64,000 bases of DNA from Patescibacteria group bacterium UBA5147 (GTDB lineage: Bacteria; Patescibacteriota; Saccharimonadia; UBA4664), in assembly GCA_002415345.1 (NCBI GenBank), contig DHXV01000001.1, positions 136,305 to 200,304 on the forward strand, given 5' to 3'. Shown piece after piece: positions 48,805 to 58,385 of the stretch. The notes beneath the pieces are model-generated. The model made no database searches. It was not told the DNA's origin and was given only the letters and a program-made list of their open reading frames with translations. A program made the translations under genes and the position numbers. Position 1 is the first letter of the stretch; the number at the start of each line of letters is the position of its first letter.

Positions 48805-48978
48805 CCAAATCTCTCCGTTACGTACGTACTGTACCTGTCGGATTTAGTCTTCGCAAGGCTGTAAACCTACAAATATTAGGGTATATAAACTGCAACATCG
48901 TTGTTCAGATGCTGTATCTATTTCCATAAAGATATAATCACGCCGGATTCTTGAGCGAGCTTAACGATTACCGAGTAA

Positions 48979-49779
48979 TTACAGCTCTGAATATCTAATA
49001 ATTTGCTTAGCCGATTTTGCGAGGCCGGTTGATGAATCGGTATCTATGAGAAGTGAGCACAATTGCATGCGACCGCCCTCTTCCAGCTCGTTGCGGCTGG
49101 ATTGGTCGCTGAGCCAACGTTTGATGATTACGTCGGACTTTACGCCCAGGCATGAATCCAAGCTGCCGACCATGCCCACGTCGGTGATATGGGCCGTGCC
49201 GCCGGCGAACACCATCGCGTCGGCGGTGGGAATGTGCCAATGGTCGCCGATAACAGCCGTCACGCGGCCGTCAAGGTACTGACCGATAACCAGCTTTTCG
49301 CTGGAAAAATCGCCGTGGAAGTTGACGATGCGGGCGGTGAGCTGCTCGTTCTTGGTTTCTTCCAGAATGGCATCGATCACTTGAAGCGGATTGTCGATGA
49401 CGGCCGGAAAGGCGCCCACGATTTGGCCGAGCAGGCTGACGATTAGCACGCGGCCGTACGGCGTCTCGGCTATCTTATAGCGCCGGCCGGGCGTACCTTC
49501 CGGGTAATTGGCGGGCCGGGCTACCGGCCCCTTAGCGTCTTCGAGCATCGGGAAGACCTCCGGACGCTTGGTGGTCCAGTTGCCGCCGGTAAAAAAGTCC
49601 ACCCCCGCGGTCTGCATGTCAGCGATGGACGACAGTTGCATGCCCTTGCCGTGGCTCAGGTTTTCGCCTTGGGCGATGACAAAGTCGGCGCCGGTTTCCG
49701 CGAGTAAATCAGGCAACAGTTTCTGAACGGTCTTGCGTCCCGCCTTGCCCATGATGTCGCCGATGTAGAGGATTTTCAT
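48979..49779 (-). CDS. ymdB: YmdB-family metallophosphoesterase (2',3'-cyclic-nucleotide phosphodiesterase-like)
   Basis: Start MKILYIGDIMGKAGRK at 49779; metallophosphatase motifs (GDHWH, GNH). The listed 327-aa ORF is an upstream extension. Sits immediately downstream of rny, as in Firmicutes. Confidence 0.8.
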   Translation of the reverse strand: MKILYIGDIMGKAGRKTVQKLLPDLLAETGADFVIAQGENLSHGKGMQLSSIADMQTAGVDFFTGGNWTTKRPEVFPMLEDAKGPVARPANYPEGTPGRRYKIAETPYGRVLIVSLLGQIVGAFPAVIDNPLQVIDAILEETKNEQLTARIVNFHGDFSSEKLVIGQYLDGRVTAVIGDHWHIPTADAMVFAGGTAHITDVGMVGSLDSCLGVKSDVIIKRWLSDQSSRNELEEGGRMQLCSLLIDTDSSTGLAKSAKQIIRYSEL

Positions 49780-51305
49780 TATTTTGCAAACTCGATTGCC
49801 CGCGTTTCGCGGATTACACTGACTTTGATGATGCCGGGATACTTGAGCGTCGCCTCGATCTTGATGGCGATGTCGCGGGCCATTTTGATAGCGGTGAGGT
49901 CGTCGATATGGTCGGGTTTGACGATAATGCGCAGCTCGCGGCCGGCCGAGATGGCGTAGCACTTGTTGATGCCGGGAAATGTCATGGCCAGATTTTCCAA
50001 CTCGGTCATGCGCTTGGCGTAGTTTTCCAGGGTATCGCCGCGGGCGCCGGGGCGGCTGGCGCTCAAAGCGTCGACGACGCGAATAATCAACGCCTCGGGA
50101 GTCGTGGCTTCCACGTCGTCGTGGTGGGCGGTAATGGCGTGGACGATGGCCGGCTCCATGCCGTATTGCTCGGCCAGTTGGCCCCCGATGTGGTGGTGGC
50201 CGCCTTCCACCTCATGACTGACGGCCTTGCCGATGTCGTGCAGCAGGGCTGAGGTCTTGGCAATCCGAACATCGGCGCCGATTTCCTTGGCGATCATACC
50301 AGCCAGATGCGTCATCTCCACCGAATGCTTAAGCACGTTCTGACTGAAACTGGTGCGGAACTTCAACTGTCCCAGCAGCACCACCATTTCCTTGGGCACG
50401 CCAACGACGCCGGTTTGCTTGAGGGCTTTTTCGCCGGCTTCCTTAACCATCTTGTCCACTTCGGTCTGGGCTTTGGCGACAACTTCTTCGATGCGGCCAG
50501 GATGAATGCGGCCGTCGGACAGCAGTTTTTCCAACGCGACCCTGGCAACCTGGCGGCGCATGGGGTCAAAACTGGAGAGCACGATAGCCCCGGGTGTTTC
50601 GTCGACGATGATATCGACTCCGGTTGCCCGTTCCAAGGCCTGGATGTTGCGGCCTTCCTTGCCGATGATGCGGCCCTTCATCTCATCGGACGGCAGCGCA
50701 ACCGTGGTAATGGTACGTTCGACGGTCTGTTCGGAGGCGATGCGCTCCATGGCCGTGGCAATAATCATGCGGGCCGATTCCTCGGCTTCGCTGGCGGCTT
50801 CCGCCTGGAGTTTACTGACCAGCTTGACCAGGTCGGCGCTGATGTCACGTTCGGTGACCTTGAGCAGTTTCTCGCGGGCTTCATCCTTGCTTAGTCCGGC
50901 GATCTTTTCCAGGTTCTCCTGCTGCTTCACCCGGATGGCGCGCAATTCGTCTTTAACGTGGTCGAGGTCGGCTTCATGGGCGCGAACTTTTTCCTGGCGT
51001 TTATCGAGTTCATCGAGCTTGGCGTCGAGGGACGACTGCCTCTTTAACAGCTGCTGCTCGGTGGCCGACAATTCGCGGCGGCGTTCGCTGTCCTCACGCT
51101 TAGCATCCTGAGCCTCTTTGAGGGCCTCGGCTTTGGCTTCAAGAATAGTCTCCTTGGCTTGTGCCTTGGCGGCATCAACAAGCTGCTTCGCGGTTGCAGA
51201 AGCAGAATCGGTGCGTCGTTTACCGACGGCATAGTGATACGAATAACCGGCAGCGCCGCCAACAAGAATAGCCGGCAAGGCCGTGTATAACAGGATTAAG
51301 TCCAT
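49779..51305 (-). CDS. rny: Ribonuclease Y (N-terminal TM, coiled-coil, KH, HD domain)
   Basis: 508 aa with KH (IIGKEGRNIQALE) and HD (LLHDIGKA) motifs; stop overlaps the ymdB start by 1 nt. Confidence 0.95.
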   Translation of the reverse strand: MDLILLYTALPAILVGGAAGYSYHYAVGKRRTDSASATAKQLVDAAKAQAKETILEAKAEALKEAQDAKREDSERRRELSATEQQLLKRQSSLDAKLDELDKRQEKVRAHEADLDHVKDELRAIRVKQQENLEKIAGLSKDEAREKLLKVTERDISADLVKLVSKLQAEAASEAEESARMIIATAMERIASEQTVERTITTVALPSDEMKGRIIGKEGRNIQALERATGVDIIVDETPGAIVLSSFDPMRRQVARVALEKLLSDGRIHPGRIEEVVAKAQTEVDKMVKEAGEKALKQTGVVGVPKEMVVLLGQLKFRTSFSQNVLKHSVEMTHLAGMIAKEIGADVRIAKTSALLHDIGKAVSHEVEGGHHHIGGQLAEQYGMEPAIVHAITAHHDDVEATTPEALIIRVVDALSASRPGARGDTLENYAKRMTELENLAMTFPGINKCYAISAGRELRIIVKPDHIDDLTAIKMARDIAIKIEATLKYPGIIKVSVIRETRAIEFAK

Positions 51306-51406
51306 AAAAGCCCTAAATAACCGGCGGGATAAGGTCAGAAAAGCCGGGTTGCAGTAAAAATCGGATAATAGGTACGTTTATATTAAACGTGAAGTTGAGA
51401 CAAAAT

Positions 51407-51799
51407 TCAAGCTTTGGGTTTGGTTACATGGGCTTCGGAGCCATATACCGGCATTGCAATGACGCCGACCGGAGTTTCTGGCAAGGCCTTGGCCCCATCA
51501 ATAATCCAACGCTCGCCGTCAGTTCCCGCGACCGGAATCTTAAGTTGTGACGCCAGCGCATTGACGACCGTGTGTCCGATTCTCAGCGATGTGAATGAAC
51601 CTGGCCCGCTGAAAATAATGATGCCTGTGAGGCCGTTAAAGTCGGTGCCATTCTGGGCCAAGAATTCGGCAAGCGTTCCAAGGAGCTCATCAGCCAGCCG
51701 GCGGGCGCTCTCCCACTCGCGGGCTGAGATAACGGTTCCGGCAGCGTCCACTATATATATGTAGGTCGTCGGCCCGGCAGTTTGTAAGGCAAGGATCAT
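51407..51799 (-). CDS. tsaB: tRNA threonylcarbamoyladenosine biosynthesis protein TsaB (short, N-terminal domain only)
   Basis: 130 aa with an IFSGPGSFTSLRIG motif; short TsaB forms are common in reduced genomes. Confidence 0.7.
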   Translation of the reverse strand: MILALQTAGPTTYIYIVDAAGTVISAREWESARRLADELLGTLAEFLAQNGTDFNGLTGIIIFSGPGSFTSLRIGHTVVNALASQLKIPVAGTDGERWIIDGAKALPETPVGVIAMPVYGSEAHVTKPKA

Positions 51800-51801
51800 G
51801 A

Positions 51802-52287
51802 TTACAGTCCTTCGATAAGTTCGGATGAGCGCTGTCCGCCAGCCGTTAGGCTAAGTGTTCGCTCCGTCTCGCCGGTTACAGTGAACTGAATTACCAGGCG
51901 GTCGGGCGGCAACTTAGCGTCGGCGACCCCGGCCCATTCGATGACGGTGATGACGTTCGGGTCGGCCACGTCTTCCGCCAGTTCCTCACCCACGATGCCG
52001 CCCTCAGCCAGTCGGTAAAGGTCGTAATGATGGATCTCCAGCCCCGTTTCGCCAAGATAGGCATTGCTGAGCGTAAAGGTGGGACTGGTTACCCTACCAT
52101 TGTATGACAGCGCGCGGGCCAGACCCTGCACGAACGTGGTCTTGCCGCCGCCCAGGTCGCTCGCCAGCTCGATCGTCTCCCCACCCCTGAGCAGTTTGGC
52201 CAACCGTGCCGCCAAGGCTTGGGTTTCGGAAGGCCCGATAGTAGTAATTTCGTAGGTCATGTCTGAACTCATAGATAATATAGCCAA
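51802..52287 (-). CDS. tsaE: tRNA threonylcarbamoyladenosine biosynthesis ATPase TsaE
   Basis: Walker A LASDLGGGKTTFVQGLA and a TSPTFTL motif. The start is possibly the internal MTYEIT (~52258). Confidence 0.85.
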   Translation of the reverse strand: MAILSMSSDMTYEITTIGPSETQALAARLAKLLRGGETIELASDLGGGKTTFVQGLARALSYNGRVTSPTFTLSNAYLGETGLEIHHYDLYRLAEGGIVGEELAEDVADPNVITVIEWAGVADAKLPPDRLVIQFTVTGETERTLSLTAGGQRSSELIEGL

Positions 52288-53635
52288 TGGTAAGACCCAC
52301 TAGTACAAAGAGCAACCAGCGGCCGCCCCCGGTCGACGTACCGGCCACGAGCGGTTTCGCAGATTTAATAACTTTGGCTTCTTTAACGGCCTTGGCCTTG
52401 GGGGTGGTAACGGCCTTTGCCGTGGCGGCCTTTTTGGTCGTGGTTGCTTTCTTGGCAGCCGTCGCGGCGGCGGCCTTTAGGGCAGTGGCGGTTGCGATGG
52501 CAACCGCGGGAGCCGTAACCAGGTTAACTGTGCCCGGCGTTGGAGTTGTCGACCAGCCCCATACGCTACCGTCGAAGGCCCATGACTGGCCAGGTTTCGC
52601 GGCATCATAACTAATCGTTTCGCCAACCTGCGCGCCGACAGGATCAAACATCGCTACACTGGAGCCGGCATTGGCCAGACCTAATTGCGACACAGCTGAA
52701 GTCAAATAATAATATTGGCCGGCATCAAGGATCAGCGTCCCAAAAGTATAATGATCGCCCAAACTTTTCCCGGTCCTCAAGGTATAGCCGTTTAAATTGA
52801 ACGGTTCGTCCGTTGCGTTGTAGAGTTCGATAAACTCCGCGGCAGCGTCTGAGTCGGGAGCTACAGGATCTGGCAACAGTTCGGTAATGATCGGCGGGAC
52901 TATCACGGCGGCCGTTTCAACGGCCCCGAAGCCGGAGGACTCGACGGCCGGGTCAACTTGCGGCAATGCTGGCGTTGCAGCAGGAGACGGACTCGGAGTC
53001 GAGGAAGGTGCGGCGCTCAGCGTCGGAGTCACGGCAGCAACCTGCACGGTTGCTGCCGCCTCGGTGCCCACGAGCTTTAACGTATTAGCCGCCAAGCTTG
53101 TTGTCGTACCCGTCCAGTGCCAGCCGTCATTAAAGAGCGCCCACGACGCCCCCGCCACGGATTGCGCCCAGGCAATCTGGTTGATCTGGACACCCGCAGC
53201 GTCCAATATAGTTACGGAACCGCCTGAATTGACCAGCGCGATATGAGAAACCGCCGACGTGATTGATACGTAGCCACCAGCCGGGATGACCGTCATGGGA
53301 AGCCTATAACTGGTACTGGCAGTTTTCAGCACATACCCGGTAACGTCCATCGGTTGCCCGTTGGGATTAAACAGCTCAATGAACTCATCCGCCGCATCCG
53401 TTTGTGGCGAAACCGGATCCACGAGCAACTCGTTGACGACCGGCGGCAGCATAATGGTCGCCTGGGCAGTGGCGGGCTCAAGCGTTCCTGCCGAGGAGGC
53501 AGCCACACTACTCGCGACGATCTCAGCGCTTTTCGCGCTGGATATATCGATCAGATGAAGAGCTAACGGAACCCCGAACAATCCAAGAAAATTACCAGAA
53601 ACCAGACCGATACAAAGAGCGTTGCGAAGCGACAT
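52094..53635 (-). CDS. Secreted protein with two lamin-tail-domain (LTD) repeats and C-terminal membrane anchor
   Basis: Signal peptide, then two ELL(V/P)DPV..D..(E/A)EFIEL(F/Y)N LTD cores. Has an Ala/Lys/Thr-rich linker and a TM (WLLFVLVGLTIGYIIY). The frame continues ~190 nt into tsaE in another frame. Confidence 0.55.
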   Translation of the reverse strand: MSLRNALCIGLVSGNFLGLFGVPLALHLIDISSAKSAEIVASSVAASSAGTLEPATAQATIMLPPVVNELLVDPVSPQTDAADEFIELFNPNGQPMDVTGYVLKTASTSYRLPMTVIPAGGYVSITSAVSHIALVNSGGSVTILDAAGVQINQIAWAQSVAGASWALFNDGWHWTGTTTSLAANTLKLVGTEAAATVQVAAVTPTLSAAPSSTPSPSPAATPALPQVDPAVESSGFGAVETAAVIVPPIITELLPDPVAPDSDAAAEFIELYNATDEPFNLNGYTLRTGKSLGDHYTFGTLILDAGQYYYLTSAVSQLGLANAGSSVAMFDPVGAQVGETISYDAAKPGQSWAFDGSVWGWSTTPTPGTVNLVTAPAVAIATATALKAAAATAAKKATTTKKAATAKAVTTPKAKAVKEAKVIKSAKPLVAGTSTGGGRWLLFVLVGLTIGYIIYEFRHDLRNYYYRAFRNPSLGGTVGQTAQGWGDDRAGERPGRRQDHVRAGSGPRAVIQW

Positions 53636-53733
53636 GATGAGGGATTCCTTAAAATAAGCTGAACACCCTCATGAACAATGAAGCTAGCTTAAACGAACAA
53701 AAACCGAATTACAACCCTTTTATGTAAACGCTT

Positions 53734-55773
53734 ATGGTACGATACCTCTATATGCGTATTTCGGATGCCGAGTTAAAGAAATTGCTCCTTGGACCAGGTC
53801 AGGTCAAGGAAGCCGCGCTGACTGAAATCATGCCCAAGGAGGACAGCGGCGAGTCGCTGCTGACGGCGGTTATCAAGAAGAAGTTGCTGAGCGAAAAGGA
53901 ACTGACCAAGCTTTATGCCCAGAGCCTGAACGTCCCCTATGTCGAGCTGGACGATATCAAGATCCCGCGCGACCTGTTGCTCAAAATTCCTGAGCGAATC
54001 GCCCGCAAGTACCAGGTAGTCTTATTTGGCATCGAGGAGGACCAGCTGCAACTGGCCATGGCCGACCCGGAAGACTTCCAGGCCGCCGACTTCATTACCA
54101 AGCAGATCGGCTCCAAGGTCAAGATTTCGATTGCCCCGGCCCCGGATATCCTGGCCGCCATCGACCAGTACAAGGGCAACATTTCCAGCGAAATCACCAA
54201 GGCCATCAAGGACTCGAGCGCCGACGTCGACAGCCAGCAGGAAAAGGTGTCGGCCAAGGACCTGGCCGAAGACGCGCCCATCGCCAAAACCGTCAACGTC
54301 ATTTTGGAATACGCCGTTAAGAGCCGGGCCTCCGACATCCACCTGGAGCCACGAGAAAACATCGTGCAGGTGCGCTACCGCATTGACGGCGTGCTGCGCG
54401 AAACCATGACCCTGCCCAAGCCGATCCTGGCCGCCGTAGTCAGCCGCATCAAGATTTTGAGCAACCTCAAAATCGACGAGCACCGCGTTCCGCAGGACGG
54501 CCGCTTCAAGTTTTCCCTGGGCCAGAAGCAGGTAGCTTTGCGCGTTTCCACCTTACCCATCATGGACGGCGAAAAGGTGGTTATGCGTATTCTCGATGAG
54601 TCCACTCGCGCGCTGACGCTCGAGGAGCTAGGTTTTGAAGGCCGGAGCCTGGAGATTATCGGACGCAACCTGCATAAGCCGCACGGGATGACGTTGGTGA
54701 CCGGGCCGACCGGCTCCGGAAAATCCACCACCCTATATTCCGTCCTGAGCCTGCTGAATACCGACGGCGTCAACATTTCCACCATTGAAGACCCGGTAGA
54801 ATACCGCGTAGGCGGCGTGAATCAGACCCAGGTGAACCCCAAGGCCGGAATGACTTTTGCCTCCGGACTCCGAGCCCTGCTCCGCCAGGACCCCAACATC
54901 ATCATGATCGGGGAGATCCGCGACGGCGAAACCGCCGACCTGGCCGTACAGGCCGCCTTAACCGGACACGTCGTGCTCTCCACCCTACACACCAACAACG
55001 CGGCCACCACCCTGCCCCGGCTACTGGATATGGGCATCGAGCCGTTCCTGATTGCCTCCACTGTGAACACCGTCATCGGCCAGCGCCTCGTACGCCGCCT
55101 CTGCCAGGTGTGCCGCCTCACCTTTATCCCGGAAGGCGCGGAGCTGACCAACATCAAGCGCGATTTCCAACTGGATATCGCCCTTAAGCACTTTGCCGAG
55201 ATGCATGGTAACCCGGCTCCCGCCACTGAACAGGCTGTCCCCTCTCCCGTGGCCCAAGATGCACCCGCCCCCAAAGTCGCCAGCATCGGCGCCACGGAGC
55301 ACAAGAAAGGCCGGATCATTGAGCCGTCAGGAGCGATTGAAACCGCCAAGAGCATTCTCGATAAGATTGCCGCCGACCCCAACATCATCAACCGCTCGGC
55401 CGGCGACGCCAAGAAAGCCGCCGACGCGCCCGAGCTCCCACCGGTAACACCCCAACCCAACAGCGAGACTGCCCCCGTTGTAGCTGCACCGATCGATACG
55501 TCCAAACTCAAGAGCGGGCAGTTCGTGCTGTATAAAGCGGGCCCCGGATGTGAGGCCTGCAACGGTGCCGGCTACCAGGGCCGCATCGGCATCTACGAGG
55601 TCCTGGAAGTGAGCGACTCGCTGTCCCGCATGATCGTTGGCCACGCTACGGCCGACGATATCCAAATGCAGGCCGTTCGCGACGGCATGCTCACCATGCA
55701 ACAGGACGGCTTCGTCAAAGCCCTTATGGGCAGCACCACTATTGAAGAAATCCTCCGAGTAACACGGGAATAA
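53734..55773 (+). CDS. pilB: Type IV pilus assembly ATPase PilB (GspE family) with long internal low-complexity insertion
   Basis: T2SSE_N domain, Walker A GPTGSGKSTT, Asp/His boxes, and a C-terminal Cys motif (CQVCR...GCEACNGAG) split by a ~110-aa Ala/Pro-rich insert. Confidence 0.95.
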   Translation: MVRYLYMRISDAELKKLLLGPGQVKEAALTEIMPKEDSGESLLTAVIKKKLLSEKELTKLYAQSLNVPYVELDDIKIPRDLLLKIPERIARKYQVVLFGIEEDQLQLAMADPEDFQAADFITKQIGSKVKISIAPAPDILAAIDQYKGNISSEITKAIKDSSADVDSQQEKVSAKDLAEDAPIAKTVNVILEYAVKSRASDIHLEPRENIVQVRYRIDGVLRETMTLPKPILAAVVSRIKILSNLKIDEHRVPQDGRFKFSLGQKQVALRVSTLPIMDGEKVVMRILDESTRALTLEELGFEGRSLEIIGRNLHKPHGMTLVTGPTGSGKSTTLYSVLSLLNTDGVNISTIEDPVEYRVGGVNQTQVNPKAGMTFASGLRALLRQDPNIIMIGEIRDGETADLAVQAALTGHVVLSTLHTNNAATTLPRLLDMGIEPFLIASTVNTVIGQRLVRRLCQVCRLTFIPEGAELTNIKRDFQLDIALKHFAEMHGNPAPATEQAVPSPVAQDAPAPKVASIGATEHKKGRIIEPSGAIETAKSILDKIAADPNIINRSAGDAKKAADAPELPPVTPQPNSETAPVVAAPIDTSKLKSGQFVLYKAGPGCEACNGAGYQGRIGIYEVLEVSDSLSRMIVGHATADDIQMQAVRDGMLTMQQDGFVKALMGSTTIEEILRVTRE

Positions 55774-55779
55774 TAAACC

Positions 55780-57000
55780 ATGGCAACATTCAGCTACAGT
55801 GCACGTGACAAGGCCGGCCTCATCCAAAAAGGCAGCTTATTTGCGGCCGACCGCGCCGCCGCCACGGCCAGCCTGGGCGAAAAGGGTCTGACCCCCATCC
55901 TGGTAAAAGAGGCCGCCGTTACTTCCAGCGATAATATGGGCCTCGTGGAACGCTTGTCCGGCGGAAACCGGGTAAAGCTGGCTGACAAGGTTATATTCAG
56001 CCGCCAGTTCGCCACCATGGTCAACGCCGGCGTGCCGCTGGTCCAATCACTCAACATCCTGCGTGAACAAACCGAATCCAAGAAGCTCAAGGCCGTGGTG
56101 GGCGAAGTCGCCAAACAGGTCGAAGGCGGGTCAACCTTGGCCGCCGCGCTCGGCGGGCATCCCGAGGTCTTCAATGACATCTACGTCAACATGGTCAAGG
56201 CCGGCGAAGCCGGCGGTATTCTGGACCAGGTCTTGGACCGGCTGGCCATCCAGCAGGAAAAAGACGCCGAAATCGTCAGCAAAGTAAAAAGCGCCATGAT
56301 TTACCCTATGGTCATCACCATCGCCACCTTCGCCGCCTTCTTCTTCCTCATGACCGTGATCGTGCCAAAACTGGCCAGCATCTTTGCCGATGCCGGGGCA
56401 AACCTGCCAATTTATACTAAAATCATGCTGGCCATCTCCGGTTTCCTAGTGCATTCATGGTGGCTGCTGCTGATTATCATCGCCACCGTGTTCATAAGTT
56501 TTACCCGTTGGATCCATACCACCAGCGGCAAGCGTATCGTCGACCGAGCCATGCTCAAGGCCCCCATAATCGGTCCTATTTTAGTCAAGGTCAACGTCGC
56601 CCGCTTCGCCCGGACCTTCGGCTCGCTGATGGCATCAGGAATATCGGTTCTTGAAGCCATAAACGCCACCAAAAGCGCCCTTGGCAACAGCGTGTATCAG
56701 GACGAGCTGACCGACGTCGCTCAAAAGGTCAAGAACGGCCGCCCCATGAGCGAGCCGATCCGTGCCTCCAAGAACTTCCCCCCCATCGTCGGCCAGATGC
56801 TGAGCGTCGGCGAGGAAACCGGCCAGCTGGACGAAATCCTGCTGAAACTGGCCGGGTTTTACGAGCGTGAAGTCGATACGGTTATTGCCGGCATCACCAG
56901 CATCATCGAGCCAATACTTATCATCGTACTCGGCGGCATGGTGGGCTTCATCGTTATTTCCGTCTTTGGGCCGATTTCCAGCATATCCAATTCGGTTTAG
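55780..57000 (+). CDS. pilC: Type IV pilus inner-membrane platform protein PilC (GspF family)
   Basis: 406 aa with two GspF repeats (..GVPLVQSLNIL.. / ..GISVLEAINAT..) and 3 TM. Confidence 0.9.
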   Translation: MATFSYSARDKAGLIQKGSLFAADRAAATASLGEKGLTPILVKEAAVTSSDNMGLVERLSGGNRVKLADKVIFSRQFATMVNAGVPLVQSLNILREQTESKKLKAVVGEVAKQVEGGSTLAAALGGHPEVFNDIYVNMVKAGEAGGILDQVLDRLAIQQEKDAEIVSKVKSAMIYPMVITIATFAAFFFLMTVIVPKLASIFADAGANLPIYTKIMLAISGFLVHSWWLLLIIIATVFISFTRWIHTTSGKRIVDRAMLKAPIIGPILVKVNVARFARTFGSLMASGISVLEAINATKSALGNSVYQDELTDVAQKVKNGRPMSEPIRASKNFPPIVGQMLSVGEETGQLDEILLKLAGFYEREVDTVIAGITSIIEPILIIVLGGMVGFIVISVFGPISSISNSV

Positions 57001-57096
57001 GTATTGCAAATAATACCTATTTGTGCTATAATGAGAGATTGGACCATCCTACGCATCCGCGTGTGAGCCAAGTACCCGCTCTGAGAGGAGCATGAT

Positions 57097-57678
57097 ATGA
57101 AAGTTGATTTCACAGGCCTGCAGGATGCCTGGACTATATTCGCCGCATACTTTGGATCATCATCTATCGGGAATCGCATTAGTCTCATTGCCATCGTAGT
57201 AATTCTCGGCGTGGCACTGTTTCAAATGTTTCGTCACAGCTCCCGGCGCTACTACCTACTGCTCGCCGCTTTTGGCTTGTCGATCGGCTCAGGCTACGGT
57301 GCCTTCGTCGGGTTGACGAAGTACGTTTTGCCCGAGCTCACCTTTGTCACCGCAGTTAACCGGCCGATAATAGCCGCTGTCGCCGCGACATTGGTGTCCC
57401 TGATAGTCGTATATTACCTGTCTCACCGCATTCTTGACGACAAGCCTCGCAGATCGGGGCAAAAGCGCAAGAAGGGCAACGACAGCCTGGCCACAGAGAC
57501 AGGGTACTTTGGCAATACCAAGGCCGACTCGAGCAGTATCGATTGGCTGAGTGACAGAGCCCTTGAGCAAGAAGTCAGGAAATCCTTCGAGGACAAAGGA
57601 GTGTTTCCTACTCCAATGCAGGTCGGCAACGAAATCATGGCACGTCGAGAACTGCGCGATAAGCCCAAAACCAGCTAG
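57097..57678 (+). CDS. Hypothetical membrane protein (193 aa)
   Basis: 4 TM N-terminal region plus a charged C-terminus. Followed by hairpin CGACCCCTC..GAGGGGTCG and a T-rich run at 57695-57740. Confidence 0.4.
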   Translation: MKVDFTGLQDAWTIFAAYFGSSSIGNRISLIAIVVILGVALFQMFRHSSRRYYLLLAAFGLSIGSGYGAFVGLTKYVLPELTFVTAVNRPIIAAVAATLVSLIVVYYLSHRILDDKPRRSGQKRKKGNDSLATETGYFGNTKADSSSIDWLSDRALEQEVRKSFEDKGVFPTPMQVGNEIMARRELRDKPKTS

Positions 57679-57767
57679 CCCCATTCCCACCCACGACCCC
57701 TCTGGCACATTGCCGGAGGGGTCGGTTTCGTTGTTGGCCTTTTGAGGGTGAAATGAGGATAAGTATA

Positions 57768-57797
57768 TTGACACCGTAACCACAAGCACTTTATAGT
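57768..57797 (+). promoter_or_regulatory. Sigma70-like promoter for the pilin gene (TTGACA-18 nt-TATAGT) with an overlapping 6-bp inverted repeat CCACAA..TTGTGG
   Basis: Seen directly in the sequence ~70 nt upstream of the GTG start; the strong SD AAGGAGGTG lies 7 nt before the start. Confidence 0.45.
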
Positions 57798-57868
57798 TGT
57801 GGTACATAGAGCTCAGGGCTTTATCCAAAGGTTTCGTCTATCCCATCAATATAAGGAGGTGAGCACTC

Positions 57869-58312
57869 GTGCTTAAGAACATCACTAAAAAAGAAGGCGG
57901 TTTTACGCTCTTAGAGCTTTTAATCGTTATCGTCATCATCGGCATTCTTGCCCTGTTGATTATCCCGAACATCACATCGGCACCTAAGAAGGCCCGTGAC
58001 ACAGACCGTAAGACCGCTCTTGGAGCAATTCAGAAGGGTATGGAAGAATACTTCATTTCGAACAACTCGTATCCTACTCAGGCAACCTGGCAGGCTGACC
58101 TCACCGCAGGCGCCACCCCGTATCTGAAGACCATTCCAACTGATCCCAAGAACACCGGTGTATACGTATACACCTACACTGAAGGCACTCCAGTCGGCGG
58201 CTTCACACTTAAGGCTTGCCTCGAAAACTCCAACGACAATGGCAAGAACGTCACGACTGACGCGACTTGTACGGGAGCCACCAAGGCCTTTACCCTGCTC
58301 AGCGCCAACTAG
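57869..58312 (+). CDS. pilA: Type IV pilin (major pilin candidate; GTG start)
   Basis: Class III signal: KKEGG|FTLLELLIVIVIIGILA (G-1, F+1, E+5); 147 aa; a C-terminal Cys pair. Confidence 0.8.
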   Translation: MLKNITKKEGGFTLLELLIVIVIIGILALLIIPNITSAPKKARDTDRKTALGAIQKGMEEYFISNNSYPTQATWQADLTAGATPYLKTIPTDPKNTGVYVYTYTEGTPVGGFTLKACLENSNDNGKNVTTDATCTGATKAFTLLSAN

Positions 58313-58385
58313 GATTGACTTCCTAACTAAAAACGACCCCCAAGCGGGGTCGTTTTTAGTTAGCGTAACCGTTATAATACAATCT

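Noticed and set aside
52094-52287. Treating the tsaE/LTD-protein overlap as proof of a sequencing error
   Set aside because: This cannot be decided from sequence alone. Both frames are individually plausible, so it is reported as a finding to be checked rather than corrected.
54026-54785. Alternative-frame ORFs inside pilB (54026-54409 plus strand, 54375-54785 minus strand, and others)
   Set aside because: They lie inside the strongly supported PilB coding frame, and their Pro/Arg/Ser-rich translations are typical of out-of-frame GC-rich sequence.
57700-57716. TGGCAC motif suggesting a sigma54 (-24/-12) promoter upstream of the pilin genes
   Set aside because: There is no correctly spaced TTGC(A/T) -12 element: the GG-to-GC spacing is ~8 nt rather than 10. 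The motif sits inside the loop of the terminator hairpin of the upstream gene.
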